Shown here: positions 1 to 8,963 of the stretch, piece after piece
How positions within the stretch are numbered: position 1 is the stretch's first letter
Layout: each line of letters opens with the position of its first letter
NCBI GenBank assembly: GCA_017541665.1
Contig: JAFXYP010000065.1
Location: 39,167 to 103,166 of the forward strand
Length of the DNA: 64,000 nucleotides
Direction of reading: 5' to 3'
Origin: Lentisphaeria bacterium
Lineage (GTDB): Bacteria > Verrucomicrobiota > Lentisphaeria > Victivallales > UBA1829
Notes under the pieces: generated by a model
The model's database searches: none
What the model was told of the DNA's origin: nothing
Seen by the model: only the letters and a program-made list of their open reading frames with translations
Translations under genes and position numbers: made by a program

Positions 1-819
1 TTCGGGTTCGTACTGCACGACCATCTCCGTCGATTCCGAGGTCGGGAACTCGAAACGGGTTTCCGGCAAGTCGATGACCAGGGGAGTTTTCGCCGTGACG
101 GACACGGTGATGCTTTCGCCGCCCCGGGAGGATGCGATCTTGATCCGGCCGCCGCATTCCAGAAGCCGCTGCGGATCGTTCAGCCTGCATTTCACGCCGC
201 AAACCAGTTTCGGACGCGTCAGGATGCCGTCCTCGAACGTCGCATTCAGTTCGGGAAACGAGATCAGGCTCTGCACGGCGCCGGACTTCCAGCCGACTTC
301 CGCGTCACGCAACGACAGGTCCGCCACCCGCACAAGCGGCTTCGATGCCTTGTCCCAGAGGAAATGGGAAAATCTGCGGAAGTCCTCGCCCGGAGCAGAC
401 TCTTCGGCCTGTTGTTGTTCCGCCCGGACATCCGAAAGCCGGGTGAAATCCGGCGTGGCGCGCAGCCCTTCGGCATGGACCTGCGATACCTGCACCGACT
501 TGATGCCGAAACCGCTCAGCTCCACGTCATCCACCCGGAATCCGCAGGATTTCGCCTCGATTACACCGGCGGGGCACTTCACCTTCAATTCTGTCAGGAT
601 GATTTCGTGATTCGCAATGGAAACCGCCACGCCGGGATTCCCAACGACCTCCACGTCCACACACCAGGCGCCGAGCGGGACGATCCATTGGTCCACGGTG
701 AGGAGCGCCGCAATCCCCGCAAACGCGAGCAGGAACACAAGGATGCCCGCCGTCCAGCAGACAGCCTTCAAGATTCTGCGCAGAGGGGAGCGCGCCCCGG
801 AGTGTTTCTTTTCAGTCAT
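1..819 (-). CDS. hypothetical membrane-anchored protein (3' end outside window)
   Basis: Absent from the ORF track because it runs off the window edge. The reverse-strand ATG at 819-817 gives MTEKKHSGARSPLRRILKAVCWTAGILVFLLAFAGIAALL..., with one N-terminal TM helix. The frame stays open to position 1 with ordinary composition (...VIDLPETRFEFPTSESTEMVVQYEPE). The listed + ORFs 74-610 and 364-957 are Arg/Ser-rich shadows. Confidence 0.55.
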   Translation of the reverse strand, partial: MTEKKHSGARSPLRRILKAVCWTAGILVFLLAFAGIAALLTVDQWIVPLGAWCVDVEVVGNPGVAVSIANHEIILTELKVKCPAGVIEAKSCGFRVDDVELSGFGIKSVQVSQVHAEGLRATPDFTRLSDVRAEQQQAEESAPGEDFRRFSHFLWDKASKPLVRVADLSLRDAEVGWKSGAVQSLISFPELNATFEDGILTRPKLVCGVKCRLNDPQRLLECGGRIKIASSRGGESITVSVTAKTPLVIDLPETRFEFPTSESTEMVVQYEPE

Positions 820-1158
820 TTGTTTTTGTCGGACGGCGACGCGGGAGCGGAAAAACGGAACAAGCTTTTCATCCGCCCCGCACAGCCGTCGTTTTTTACA
901 GGATTAGTTCGGAATAATTTACATCATACGGCGTTTTTTTTCAAACGCATAGTTTAAAGAACAACTCTTTTTCGCCATATTTCTGTCCGTTTTTTTCCGA
1001 ACCAGGAGTCTTCAGGCGAAATTCCGCCTCAAAATCGGTTCAAAAAAAAGACCTTGCAATCCCGGGGGAAAAACAAAATCGCAAAACAGAGCTTTCAAAA
1101 ACCCTATATTTTTATAAAAAAAGTTTATAAAAAAAACTGATCCATCCGGCATAACAGC

Positions 1159-1187
1159 TTGATTTTTCATGGATCATGGTGTATATT
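1159..1187 (+). promoter_or_regulatory. candidate sigma70-type promoter (TTGATT-N17-TATATT) for the 1255 gene
   Basis: TTGATT at 1159-1164, a 17-nt spacer, then TATATT at 1182-1187. It sits in an AT-rich intergenic region about 68 nt upstream of ATG 1255, and GAGG lies just before that ATG. Confidence 0.35.
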
Positions 1188-1254
1188 ATTCATTCAATTT
1201 TTGAAAAACATCCTTCACATAACACGCAAAACCTAAACTTTGTGAGGTATTATC

Positions 1255-1608
1255 ATGGCAACGAACAAAACTGCAAAAAAAGAAACCGCTCCCGCTAAAA
1301 AGACTGCCGCCAAGCCTGCAGCCGTGAAGGCCGCCCCGAAAAAAGCTGCCAAGGCCGCCGCTCCGAAGGCCGCCCCGAAAGCCGTCAAGGCCGCTCCCGT
1401 GAAGACAAACGACCCGGAAGAGAATATCAAGCGCTTCGCGAAGACTCCGCTCGCGATGAACTTCGTGAAGGCCCACAACGGAAGCTGGAACCACACCGAC
1501 TGGCTGAACTTCCTCCGCGACCTCGAAGAACGCGGCTATTTCCCGATCGACACCGACCGCGTCGGCCTCATCCTCGAAGACAGGAAAAAAGCTTTCTTCG
1601 CGAAGTAA
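1255..1608 (+). CDS. small protein with a histone H1-like Lys/Ala/Pro-rich N-terminal tail
   Basis: 117-aa ORF. Residues ~5-50 are AKKETAPAKKTAAKPAAVKAAPKKAAKAAAPKAAPKAVKAAPVK, followed by a globular-looking C-terminal domain (NIKRFAKTPLAMNFVKAHNGSWNHTDWLNFLRDLEERGYFPIDTD). It has an SD-like GAGG and its own AT-rich upstream region. Confidence 0.7.
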   Translation: MATNKTAKKETAPAKKTAAKPAAVKAAPKKAAKAAAPKAAPKAVKAAPVKTNDPEENIKRFAKTPLAMNFVKAHNGSWNHTDWLNFLRDLEERGYFPIDTDRVGLILEDRKKAFFAK

Positions 1609-1632
1609 TCGCTCCGCGTCTTCCGCATCCAC

Positions 1633-2595
1633 ATGAGACTCCCCCGAATTGCCCTGACCATGGGCGATCCGGCGGGCATCGGCCCTGAAATCGCCGTCCG
1701 GCTCGCGCGTGCGGTCTCCGCCGGGAAGGTATCCCCCGCGGAAATCGCGATCTACGGCGCTCCGGACATCATCGACGAGGCAGTGCGCCGTTTTGCCCCC
1801 GGATCCGCTCCTCAGGTCGTCCCCTGCTCCGAACTCAAATTCCGGCAGATTCATCCAGGCCGTCTGGATGCGCGCTGCGGCCTGGCCGCGCTCGAATGCT
1901 TCCGCACGGCCACGCTCGACGCCATCGCCGGGAAGGTTGACGCCATCGTGACCTGCCCGATCAACAAGGCGGCGGTCAATCTGGCCGGGATCCCGTTCAC
2001 CGGGCACACTGAACTGCTGGCGTCCCTTTGCGGCGTCCGGGATTTCGTGATGATGCAGTCCGCCGGCGAGCTCCGCGTCGTCTTCGTCACCACGCACATC
2101 CCGCTCGCGCAGGTGCCGTCCGCCGTCACGTTCGACCGCATCGTGACAGTCACGCATTTGCTCCGCGACGCCATCGTCGCGGAGGGCATCGTTCATCCGA
2201 AGCTCGCGGTCGCCGCTCTCAACCCGCACGCGGGCGAAAACGGCAACATGGGCACGGAGGACGAGAACACGGTGAAGCCGGCCGTGCGTGCGCTCGCGGA
2301 CGAAGGAATCAGCATCCAGGGGCCCTTCCCCCCGGACACGCTCTTCATCGAGAGCATCCGCTCCCAGTTCGACGGCATCGTCTCCATGTACCACGACCAG
2401 GGGCATATCCCGTTCAAAATGCTGGCGTTCGACCGCGGCGTGAACTCCACGCTCGGGCTTCCGGTCATCCGCACCAGCGTCGACCACGGCACCGCCTTCG
2501 AGATCGCATGGAAAGGCTCCGCATCCGTCGGCAGTCTGGTCGCCGCATACGAACTCGCGCGGAAGCGCACCGTCTCCCGCATCGCAAACGACTGA
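1633..2595 (+). CDS. pdxA: 4-hydroxythreonine-4-phosphate dehydrogenase PdxA
   Basis: 320 aa. Contains ALTMGDPAGIGPEI near the N-terminus, GHTELLA, YHDQGHIPFK and RTSVDHGTAFEIAWKG, as expected for the PdxA family. Confidence 0.9.
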   Translation: MRLPRIALTMGDPAGIGPEIAVRLARAVSAGKVSPAEIAIYGAPDIIDEAVRRFAPGSAPQVVPCSELKFRQIHPGRLDARCGLAALECFRTATLDAIAGKVDAIVTCPINKAAVNLAGIPFTGHTELLASLCGVRDFVMMQSAGELRVVFVTTHIPLAQVPSAVTFDRIVTVTHLLRDAIVAEGIVHPKLAVAALNPHAGENGNMGTEDENTVKPAVRALADEGISIQGPFPPDTLFIESIRSQFDGIVSMYHDQGHIPFKMLAFDRGVNSTLGLPVIRTSVDHGTAFEIAWKGSASVGSLVAAYELARKRTVSRIAND

Positions 2596-2618
2596 ACCAC
2601 ACCATCCGTACGCAGCTT

Positions 2619-2996
2619 ATGTTCGAACTCGACATCACACGCGATTTCTCCGCCGCGCACAGGCTCGTCGGCTACAACGGCCTCTGTTCCGCGCTCCACG
2701 GGCACAACTGGACCGTGCAGGTCTTCATCCGCGCGAAACAGCTTGATGGAATCGGCATCGCCGCCGATTTCACCGTCATCAAGCGCGAACTGACCGCCAT
2801 CCTGTCCGCCTACGATCACAAGTACCTCAACGAGCTTCCCGATTTCAGCGGCATCAACCCGACCAGCGAAAACATCGCCCGCATCCTCTTCGAAAAGCTC
2901 GACGCCGCCGTCAAGATCCCCGGCGTCACGCTCGACCGCGTCCGCGTCTGCGAGTCCCCGACCTCCGGCGCCACATACATCCCCGACCGCGACTGA
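2619..2996 (+). CDS. queD: 6-carboxy-5,6,7,8-tetrahydropterin synthase (QueD / PTPS family)
   Basis: Uses internal ATG 2619 of ORF 2028-2996; the upstream part of that ORF is an Arg/His-rich frame overlapping pdxA. The 125-aa product reads MFELDITRDFSAAHRLVGYNGLCSALHGHNWTVQVF...SAYDHKYLNE, matching the PTPS/QueD motif pattern. Confidence 0.9.
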   Translation: MFELDITRDFSAAHRLVGYNGLCSALHGHNWTVQVFIRAKQLDGIGIAADFTVIKRELTAILSAYDHKYLNELPDFSGINPTSENIARILFEKLDAAVKIPGVTLDRVRVCESPTSGATYIPDRD

Positions 2997-3027
2997 GCGT
3001 ACGGACGATCCGTCCAAAGACAATCGT

Positions 3028-3064
3028 GCCGGCCCCTTCATGACGAAGGGACCGGCTTTTTTTG
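3028..3064. terminator. rho-independent terminator between convergent queD and the 3097-3561 gene
   Basis: GCCGGCCCCTT-(loop)-AAGGGACCGGC hairpin followed by a T run at 3057-3063. Confidence 0.6.
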
Positions 3065-3096
3065 CTGACATTCCGGGCTGTCAACCCGGATCCGAG

Positions 3097-3561
3097 TCAG
3101 TCGGCCTCGATCGAGATCACGCTCATCACGGCCTCGTCTGTCTGAGACGTGTCCGCAGGATGCCCGGCGGCATGTTTCACGGCCTCGGCCTTGTTGGTCA
3201 TGATATGCTGTTTCTGCATCGTGCCGGTCGTACCGGAAGCCGTGCCGGCCGGTTCTGGGCAGGCAGGCTTTTTGTTCCCGAGGCAGCACTTCAGCACATG
3301 CGTGGTCCCGCAGTTCGCCTGGCAAACCGGACAGGTATGGCAGACCGGGCACGGCATCAGCAGGATGTAGCCTTCGGTGCATTCCTCCGTTTCGAGTGCG
3401 GGCGCCTGCATGATCTGTTGCGCGGGCGTCAGCGCCTGCGACGACGAGCCGGACATCCCCGCCTGAGGCGCGGACGCGTTCATGCCGTCGGCTCCCGTCA
3501 GATACGCCGCGGCCAGCACAGCTGCGACCGCCGCCAGAGTTGCGATCATAGTTCGTTTCAT
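3097..3561 (-). CDS. secreted Cys-rich hypothetical protein
   Basis: 154 aa with a signal-peptide-like N-terminus (MKRTMIATLAAVAAVLAAAYLTGA) and a Cys cluster (MPCPVCHTCPVCQANCGTTHVLKCCLGNKKPACPEP). Confidence 0.6.
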   Translation of the reverse strand: MKRTMIATLAAVAAVLAAAYLTGADGMNASAPQAGMSGSSSQALTPAQQIMQAPALETEECTEGYILLMPCPVCHTCPVCQANCGTTHVLKCCLGNKKPACPEPAGTASGTTGTMQKQHIMTNKAEAVKHAAGHPADTSQTDEAVMSVISIEAD

Positions 3562-3788
3562 AGATTCCCCCTTTGTTTGAAATTTCCGGCCCGCAGCCTT
3601 TCTCCCCTGAAAGGCATGCCGCCGGGTGATTTCAATATAGCATCGCGGCAGGAAAAATCAAATTCAAAGACAGCTCGTCCACAGGCCGGCGGCATACCTC
3701 CGGGCTTATTCACGGCATCATGCATCCGCACAAAAAAGAAGGAATCAGCCACCACGAACTGCCGCCACGGAAGCCGGCGCCGGGAGGT

Positions 3789-4847
3789 TCACTCCTCGAT
3801 GTCGGGATAGCGGTACGGTACGCCGCGGAAATTCCGGAACGTATACGTGCGCCCCTCGACCCGTTCCAGATAATCCGGGACCAGCGGAACTTTCCCGCCG
3901 CCGCACGGCAGATCGATCGCGAAATGCGGCACGGCCATCCCGGATGTCCAGCCGCGCAGTTTCTTCATGATGTCAAGCCCGGTCGAAAGCGGCGTGCGAA
4001 AATGCTCCGTGCCGTAGATCAGGTCGGACTGGAACAGATAGTACGGTTTCACCCGCACGGCGAGGAGTTTTCGCATCAGGAGCCGGATGACCTCGGGTTC
4101 GTCGTTCACGCCGCGGAGCAGGACCGTCTGGCTGCCGAGGGGAATCCCCGCGTCGGCGAGGCGCGCCAGGGCTGCCGCCGAACGCGGCGTGATCTCGTCC
4201 GGGTGGTTGAAATGCACATTGATGTACAGCGGATGGTACTGTTTCAGCATGAAAACGAGGCGCCGGTTGATGCGTTCGGGCAGGACGCACGGGACGCGCG
4301 TGCCGATGCGGATGATGTCGACGTGTTCGATCGCCCGGAGTCGGCTCAGGATGGACTCCAGGCGGTCCGTCTCCAGCAGGAACGGGTCGCCGCCGGACAC
4401 CAGCACGTCGCGGATGGCCGGATTGGAGGCGATGTATTCGATGCCGCGCGCCACCTCGGATTCGTCCACACACATCGGCGTGCGGAATTTGCGTTTCCGG
4501 GTGCAAAAACGGCAGTAGCAGGCACAGCAGTTCGACACGAGGAGCAGGCAGTGGTCGGGGTAACGGTGCACCACGCAGGGCGCGGGCGTCAGCCCCTCCT
4601 CCCCGAGCGGGTCGTCCATCAGGTCGCCGCTTTCCCGCAACTCCAGTTCGTCCGGCACGCACTGCCGGTAGATCGGGTCGCCTTTCGCCCGGATCAGGGA
4701 AAGGTAATACCGCGTGATGCGAAACGGGAACACTGCGGAGACGCGGCGGACGGTCTCCTCCGGGAGGTCAAACCGCTTCGCCAGTTCGGAGGTGTCGGTC
4801 AAGGCATTTTCCAGGCTTTTCTGCCACTGTTCCATACGATTCGTCAT
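3789..4847 (-). CDS. KamA-family radical SAM enzyme (lysine 2,3-aminomutase / EpmB-like)
   Basis: 352 aa. Carries the radical-SAM cluster CRFCTRKR within CCACYCRFC. FPFRITRYYLSLI near the N-terminus and VLVSGGDPF are typical of the KamA family. Confidence 0.88.
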   Translation of the reverse strand: MTNRMEQWQKSLENALTDTSELAKRFDLPEETVRRVSAVFPFRITRYYLSLIRAKGDPIYRQCVPDELELRESGDLMDDPLGEEGLTPAPCVVHRYPDHCLLLVSNCCACYCRFCTRKRKFRTPMCVDESEVARGIEYIASNPAIRDVLVSGGDPFLLETDRLESILSRLRAIEHVDIIRIGTRVPCVLPERINRRLVFMLKQYHPLYINVHFNHPDEITPRSAAALARLADAGIPLGSQTVLLRGVNDEPEVIRLLMRKLLAVRVKPYYLFQSDLIYGTEHFRTPLSTGLDIMKKLRGWTSGMAVPHFAIDLPCGGGKVPLVPDYLERVEGRTYTFRNFRGVPYRYPDIEE

Positions 4848-5238
4848 GCCCGGTCCGGCTCATGCCGGACGGGAGGTTTGCAGTTCAGGTTCGGGATCGG
4901 ATTCGAAGAGCGGAATCGGTTCGCAGGAGCTTGAGCCGGCCCGCCGGAATCGTTTCCGTCGTCTTTTGTTTTTTTTGACCTTATAATGTAGCATTTTTTG
5001 TTCAAAAATCAATCGTTCCTCGCGTTTTTCCCCAATTTCGGGGCTGCGTGCAGCGCCTCCCCTGCGGGCGACCGTTCCCGGCGCGTTGTCCGAAGCCGGC
5101 TTTCCCCGGATGTTTTTTCCTCTTTTTTCGATTCGCGGGGTTGAAAAAAACCGTATGTGATGCTAAAGTAGAGGGAATTTTAACTCAATCAGAACCTGAA
5201 GGCGGCTTTTCCGGGCCGTTGGAAACGAGGCGGGGGCC

Positions 5239-6726
5239 ATGCAGGCTTCGCCTCCGGTGGGATTTGTCATGGACGAAAAAAAGACTGCAGCATCAGCTCC
5301 GAAAAACAAGATATCCTATACCGTCGTGAACCCGGTCATCCCGCGTCCGACCGCAAAACGGAATTCGCCGCCCCCGATCGGCCCCGAGATCGGCCCCGAT
5401 CCGCGCAGTTCCATCGGCTCCCGCGTCTCCATGTGCGAACAGCCTCTCTTCAAAAGCGAAAGCGGCATCCTGTACGACTTCCAGTTCGGGTACCGCGTCA
5501 AGTTCCCGGGGGGAAACAGGACATACAAACTGCGCGTGTACGACCAGGACAGCGGCATGCTGCTGGAGGAACACAGCCACAAGGGCGGCGAATTCTATGT
5601 CGGGGAGAAAAAGTATTTCGTGCGCTACCGCCTCGAGGCGTTTCTGGACAACAGGCTCGTCTTCGAACACAATTACGACTGCACGGGCCGCGAAGTCTGC
5701 ATCATCATCCCGGACGGCGGGCTCGGCGACAACCTCGCCTGGCTGCCTTATCTGGAAAAGTTCAGGGTGGTCCACAAGGCGAAAGTGACCGCAGTCATGG
5801 GCGAATGGATGATTCGTCTCTGCCAGTCGCAGTATCCCGCCCTCAAGTTCATCCCGCTTGCGACGAAGCCGAAACTCGATTTCCCCTACGCGATCTATTT
5901 CTGCGGCATTTTCGAGGAAAACCGCAAGCCCTGGCGTCCCGTCGAGCATCAGCATCTGGGCATGCAGAAGACCGTGGCGCAGATCCTCGGCCTCCCGCTC
6001 GAAAACCTCCACTGCCGTCTCCCGCTCGGTTCGCCGCGGCCCGTCAAGGAACCCTACGTCTGCATCTCCACGATGGCGACGAACCCGACGAAATACTGGA
6101 ATTTCCGGTCCCACCCGGCGAATCCGGAACCCGACGGATGGAACATCCTCATCCGCTGGCTCAAGTCGTTCGGCTACCGCGTTTTCGTCCTCGACCGCGA
6201 CAAGGAGCTCGGCTTCACGGACAAGCACGTCTACCATATCCCGACCGAGGCGGAGGACCTCACCGGGCGGATCCCGATCGCCGAACGCATCCACTATCTG
6301 GAGCATGCCGAATTCTTCGTCGGCCTCCCAAGCGGCCTCAGCTGGCTCGCCTGGAACTGCAACATCCCCGTCGTCATGATTTCCGGCTTCACCATGGACG
6401 GCAGCGAGTTCCCGACCCCATACCGCGTCACGAACTTCCTCTTCTGCCACGGCTGCTGGAACGACTCGCACCTTTTCTTCGACTCCAAGGTCCCCGTCTG
6501 GTGCCCGCGCCATGTGGGCACGCCGCGCGAGATCGAATGCACGAAGACGATCACGCCGAAAATGGTGCAGGAGACCATCATGCGAATCCCGGTGTTCCAG
6601 AAGCATGTGGCGGAGCTGCACGAACAGGAATGGCTGGAGGAATTCCGGTCTCGGTCGTCCGTCCCCGGCGCCGTCAGCACGCTGATCGCGTTCCCGCCCA
6701 GAAATGAAAAAAAAAAGAACAGGTGA
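5239..6726 (+). CDS. autotransporter strand-loop-strand O-heptosyltransferase (BAHT family, TibC/Aah-like; GT9-type fold)
   Basis: 495 aa. Blocks I recall as family-specific for TibC/Aah include GILYDFQFGYRV, KKYFVRYR, GGLGDNLAWLPYLEKF, EPYVCISTMATNPTKYWN and GLPSGLSWLAWNCNIPVVMISGF. A four-Cys iron-finger-like motif is present: CHGCWND...WCPRH...EIEC. An alternative start is ATG 5269 (MDEKK). Confidence 0.8.
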   Translation: MQASPPVGFVMDEKKTAASAPKNKISYTVVNPVIPRPTAKRNSPPPIGPEIGPDPRSSIGSRVSMCEQPLFKSESGILYDFQFGYRVKFPGGNRTYKLRVYDQDSGMLLEEHSHKGGEFYVGEKKYFVRYRLEAFLDNRLVFEHNYDCTGREVCIIIPDGGLGDNLAWLPYLEKFRVVHKAKVTAVMGEWMIRLCQSQYPALKFIPLATKPKLDFPYAIYFCGIFEENRKPWRPVEHQHLGMQKTVAQILGLPLENLHCRLPLGSPRPVKEPYVCISTMATNPTKYWNFRSHPANPEPDGWNILIRWLKSFGYRVFVLDRDKELGFTDKHVYHIPTEAEDLTGRIPIAERIHYLEHAEFFVGLPSGLSWLAWNCNIPVVMISGFTMDGSEFPTPYRVTNFLFCHGCWNDSHLFFDSKVPVWCPRHVGTPREIECTKTITPKMVQETIMRIPVFQKHVAELHEQEWLEEFRSRSSVPGAVSTLIAFPPRNEKKKNR

Positions 6727-7895
6727 GCCGGACCCGTCGGCGTGACGCCACGATCCTGCTCCCCGTCTACCGCGCAAACCCGGACTATCTCAGGCTCACG
6801 CTTGACTCCGTAATCCGCGTCGCGGAGACGCAGGGCAACACCGAAGTCATCCTGTTCAACGACTGTTCGCCGGACGACTCTCAGAGCATCATCGACGAAT
6901 ACGCGGACCGCTATCCGCGCATCATACGCAAGATGAAGTCCGAGCACAACCTCGGCGTCGGAAACGCGCGGACGGAAATGTGCAAGGTCGCGCACGGACG
7001 CTACATCCTCTCGTTCGACCAGGACGACATCATGCTCCCCTTCGACCTCGGGGGCGTGATCGGCATGATGGACCGGAATCCGCAGTACGGCGCGAGCTAT
7101 TCCCCGAAATTCCTGTTCGACGAGAACGGCCTTACCGGAGAGGTCCACGGCGGAGCCCCGTCCGAATTCAACGCCTTCTTCACGCCGAAGGTCAACATCA
7201 ATGCCATGGTCATCCGCGCCGAAGTCCTCGCCGAGCACGAATGGTTCAAGCCCGTCCCGGACTGCGCGATCAATGACGACGTCTTCCTCATGATCCGCCT
7301 CGCCGCGGACACGGAGTTCCATTTCGACGAGGCAAATCCGCGCGTTCTCTACCGCATCCACAAGAAGCAGAACTCGCTCCTCTTCCATCATGAAGACCAG
7401 TTGCCGTTCCGCTGGATGGCGGAATACATGACGAAACAGCAGCCCGAACTCTACCGGCGCATTCTGGCAAACAAACCGCCGAGGCTCACCCCGGAAAACC
7501 GCCGCTGGGTCCTCGGCATGATGGGAGCGGCCGTCTTCCTCAACCAGGACAAACCCGATCTCGTCCTCCCGATCGTCGTCAAGGCATGCGAACTCAACCC
7601 GGACGACTACGGGGCCTGGGAGCACAGGCTCCTGGTCCTCGGCATCGTGGACAGGCACGATGATTTCATGAATCTGTTCAAGTTTGCCGTCGAAAAGTTC
7701 AAAGGACAGTCCCCGACGAAGGAGATGCAGCTCATCTGCGCGCTGGGAACATATTACAGGGTCACCAACAGGAAGATTCCGGACTCCATCTGGGACCGTT
7801 ATGAAAAGCTTCAAAAAGAATACGGCAGGCCGCCGAAGATCGTGCTGGACAATCTGCCGGAAAAAAGGAAGCGGATCGAGGCGCGGACGAAGTAA
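6723..7895 (+). CDS. family 2 glycosyltransferase with a helical C-terminal domain
   Basis: 390 aa. GTG start overlaps the upstream stop (GTGA). GT-A motifs are ILLPVYRANPDYLRLTLDSV, ILFNDCSPDDS and SFDQDDIM (DxD). Confidence 0.8.
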   Translation: MSRTRRRDATILLPVYRANPDYLRLTLDSVIRVAETQGNTEVILFNDCSPDDSQSIIDEYADRYPRIIRKMKSEHNLGVGNARTEMCKVAHGRYILSFDQDDIMLPFDLGGVIGMMDRNPQYGASYSPKFLFDENGLTGEVHGGAPSEFNAFFTPKVNINAMVIRAEVLAEHEWFKPVPDCAINDDVFLMIRLAADTEFHFDEANPRVLYRIHKKQNSLLFHHEDQLPFRWMAEYMTKQQPELYRRILANKPPRLTPENRRWVLGMMGAAVFLNQDKPDLVLPIVVKACELNPDDYGAWEHRLLVLGIVDRHDDFMNLFKFAVEKFKGQSPTKEMQLICALGTYYRVTNRKIPDSIWDRYEKLQKEYGRPPKIVLDNLPEKRKRIEARTK

Positions 7896-7938
7896 AAAAA
7901 GCCGGGCGATGAAGCGGTTTCACCGTCCGGCTCTTTTC
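7896..7938. terminator. bidirectional terminator-like hairpin between convergent GT2 and nadC
   Basis: A run, then GCCGGGCG, a 15-nt loop and CGTCCGGC (8 bp including one G-U pair), followed by TCTTTTCC. Confidence 0.5.
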
Positions 7939-8008
7939 CGGGGAACGCAGAATGGAACGGACCGCGCAGGGTCCCGCTCCCGTTCCGCAATCCTCTCTCA
8001 GCCCGTTA

Positions 8009-8869
8009 TCAGACCTTGATGTCCATCGAGATATCGCAGGCTTTCACGGAATGCGTGAGCGCGCCGGAGGAGATGTAGTCCACTCCGGTCTCGGACAGGG
8101 TGGGGATGCGGCCGAGCGTGACATTCCCGCTGGCCTCCAGACGGGCTTTGTTCCGGGCGATCCCGACAGCCTTCACGACCTGCTCGTTATCCATGTTGTC
8201 GAGCAGGATATACTCCGCGCCGGACAGCAGGGCCTCGTCGAGCTCGTCCAGAGAATCGACCTCGACCTCGACCTCCAGTTGCGGATACATTTCGCGAGCG
8301 CGGCGCACGGACCGCAGGATGCCGCCCTTCCCCTCCATCCCGGCGAGTTCGCGGTGGTTGTCCTTGATCATGATGCGGTCGTACAGGCCGATGCGGTGGT
8401 TGAACGCGCCGCCGACGGCCACGGCGTATTTTTCGAGGTTGCGCCAGCCTGGCGTAGTCTTGCGCGTATCGAGAATCTTCGCACGGTTTCCGGCGAGCTC
8501 CTGATATTTGTGCGACGCCGTCGCGACGCCGCAAAGCCGCTGCAGGAAATTCAACGCCGTGCGCTCCCCGGTCAGGAGCACGCGGGCAAGGCCGGAGATC
8601 TCCGCCATGACCGTCCCGCGGGGGCACTCTTCGCCCTCCTGCACCATCGCCGTGAACACGATATCCGGGTCAAGCGTATGGAAAAGGCGTTCCGCAACAG
8701 GGAGGCCGGCGCAGATCAGGTCCTCCTTGGCGATCAGCACCGCCGTTGCCTTCAGATCGGCGGGGATGACCGAGTTCGTGGTAGTGTCTCCGAGGTCGCC
8801 GAGGTCCTCCTCCAGGGCCAGCTGAATCAGGATGTCGGCGCGTTTCCAGTCGATTTCGGGTTTCCGCAT
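8009..8869 (-). CDS. nadC: nicotinate-nucleotide diphosphorylase (quinolinate phosphoribosyltransferase)
   Basis: Uses internal ATG 8869 (MRKPEIDW), preceded by AGGAGA. The 39 codons upstream in the ORF overlap the end of the neighbouring gene. Motifs: LTGERTALNFLQRLCGVAT, ILDTRKTTPGWR, KYAVAVGGAFNHRIGLYD, IKDNH. Confidence 0.9.
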   Translation of the reverse strand: MRKPEIDWKRADILIQLALEEDLGDLGDTTTNSVIPADLKATAVLIAKEDLICAGLPVAERLFHTLDPDIVFTAMVQEGEECPRGTVMAEISGLARVLLTGERTALNFLQRLCGVATASHKYQELAGNRAKILDTRKTTPGWRNLEKYAVAVGGAFNHRIGLYDRIMIKDNHRELAGMEGKGGILRSVRRAREMYPQLEVEVEVDSLDELDEALLSGAEYILLDNMDNEQVVKAVGIARNKARLEASGNVTLGRIPTLSETGVDYISSGALTHSVKACDISMDIKV

Positions 8870-8963
8870 CGGGTTATCTCCTATCTCTTTCCAATATCGG
8901 TTGATTATGTTCGAAAAAGTTCCGGCCTCACGGCCTCGGCACCGCTTGTGGTGTGCGCTCGCG

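Noticed and set aside
3720-4934. 404-aa + strand ORF overlapping the KamA-family gene.
   Set aside because: It is antisense to a gene with an unambiguous radical-SAM CxxxCxxC motif, and its own translation is Arg/Ala/Gly/His-rich without motifs.
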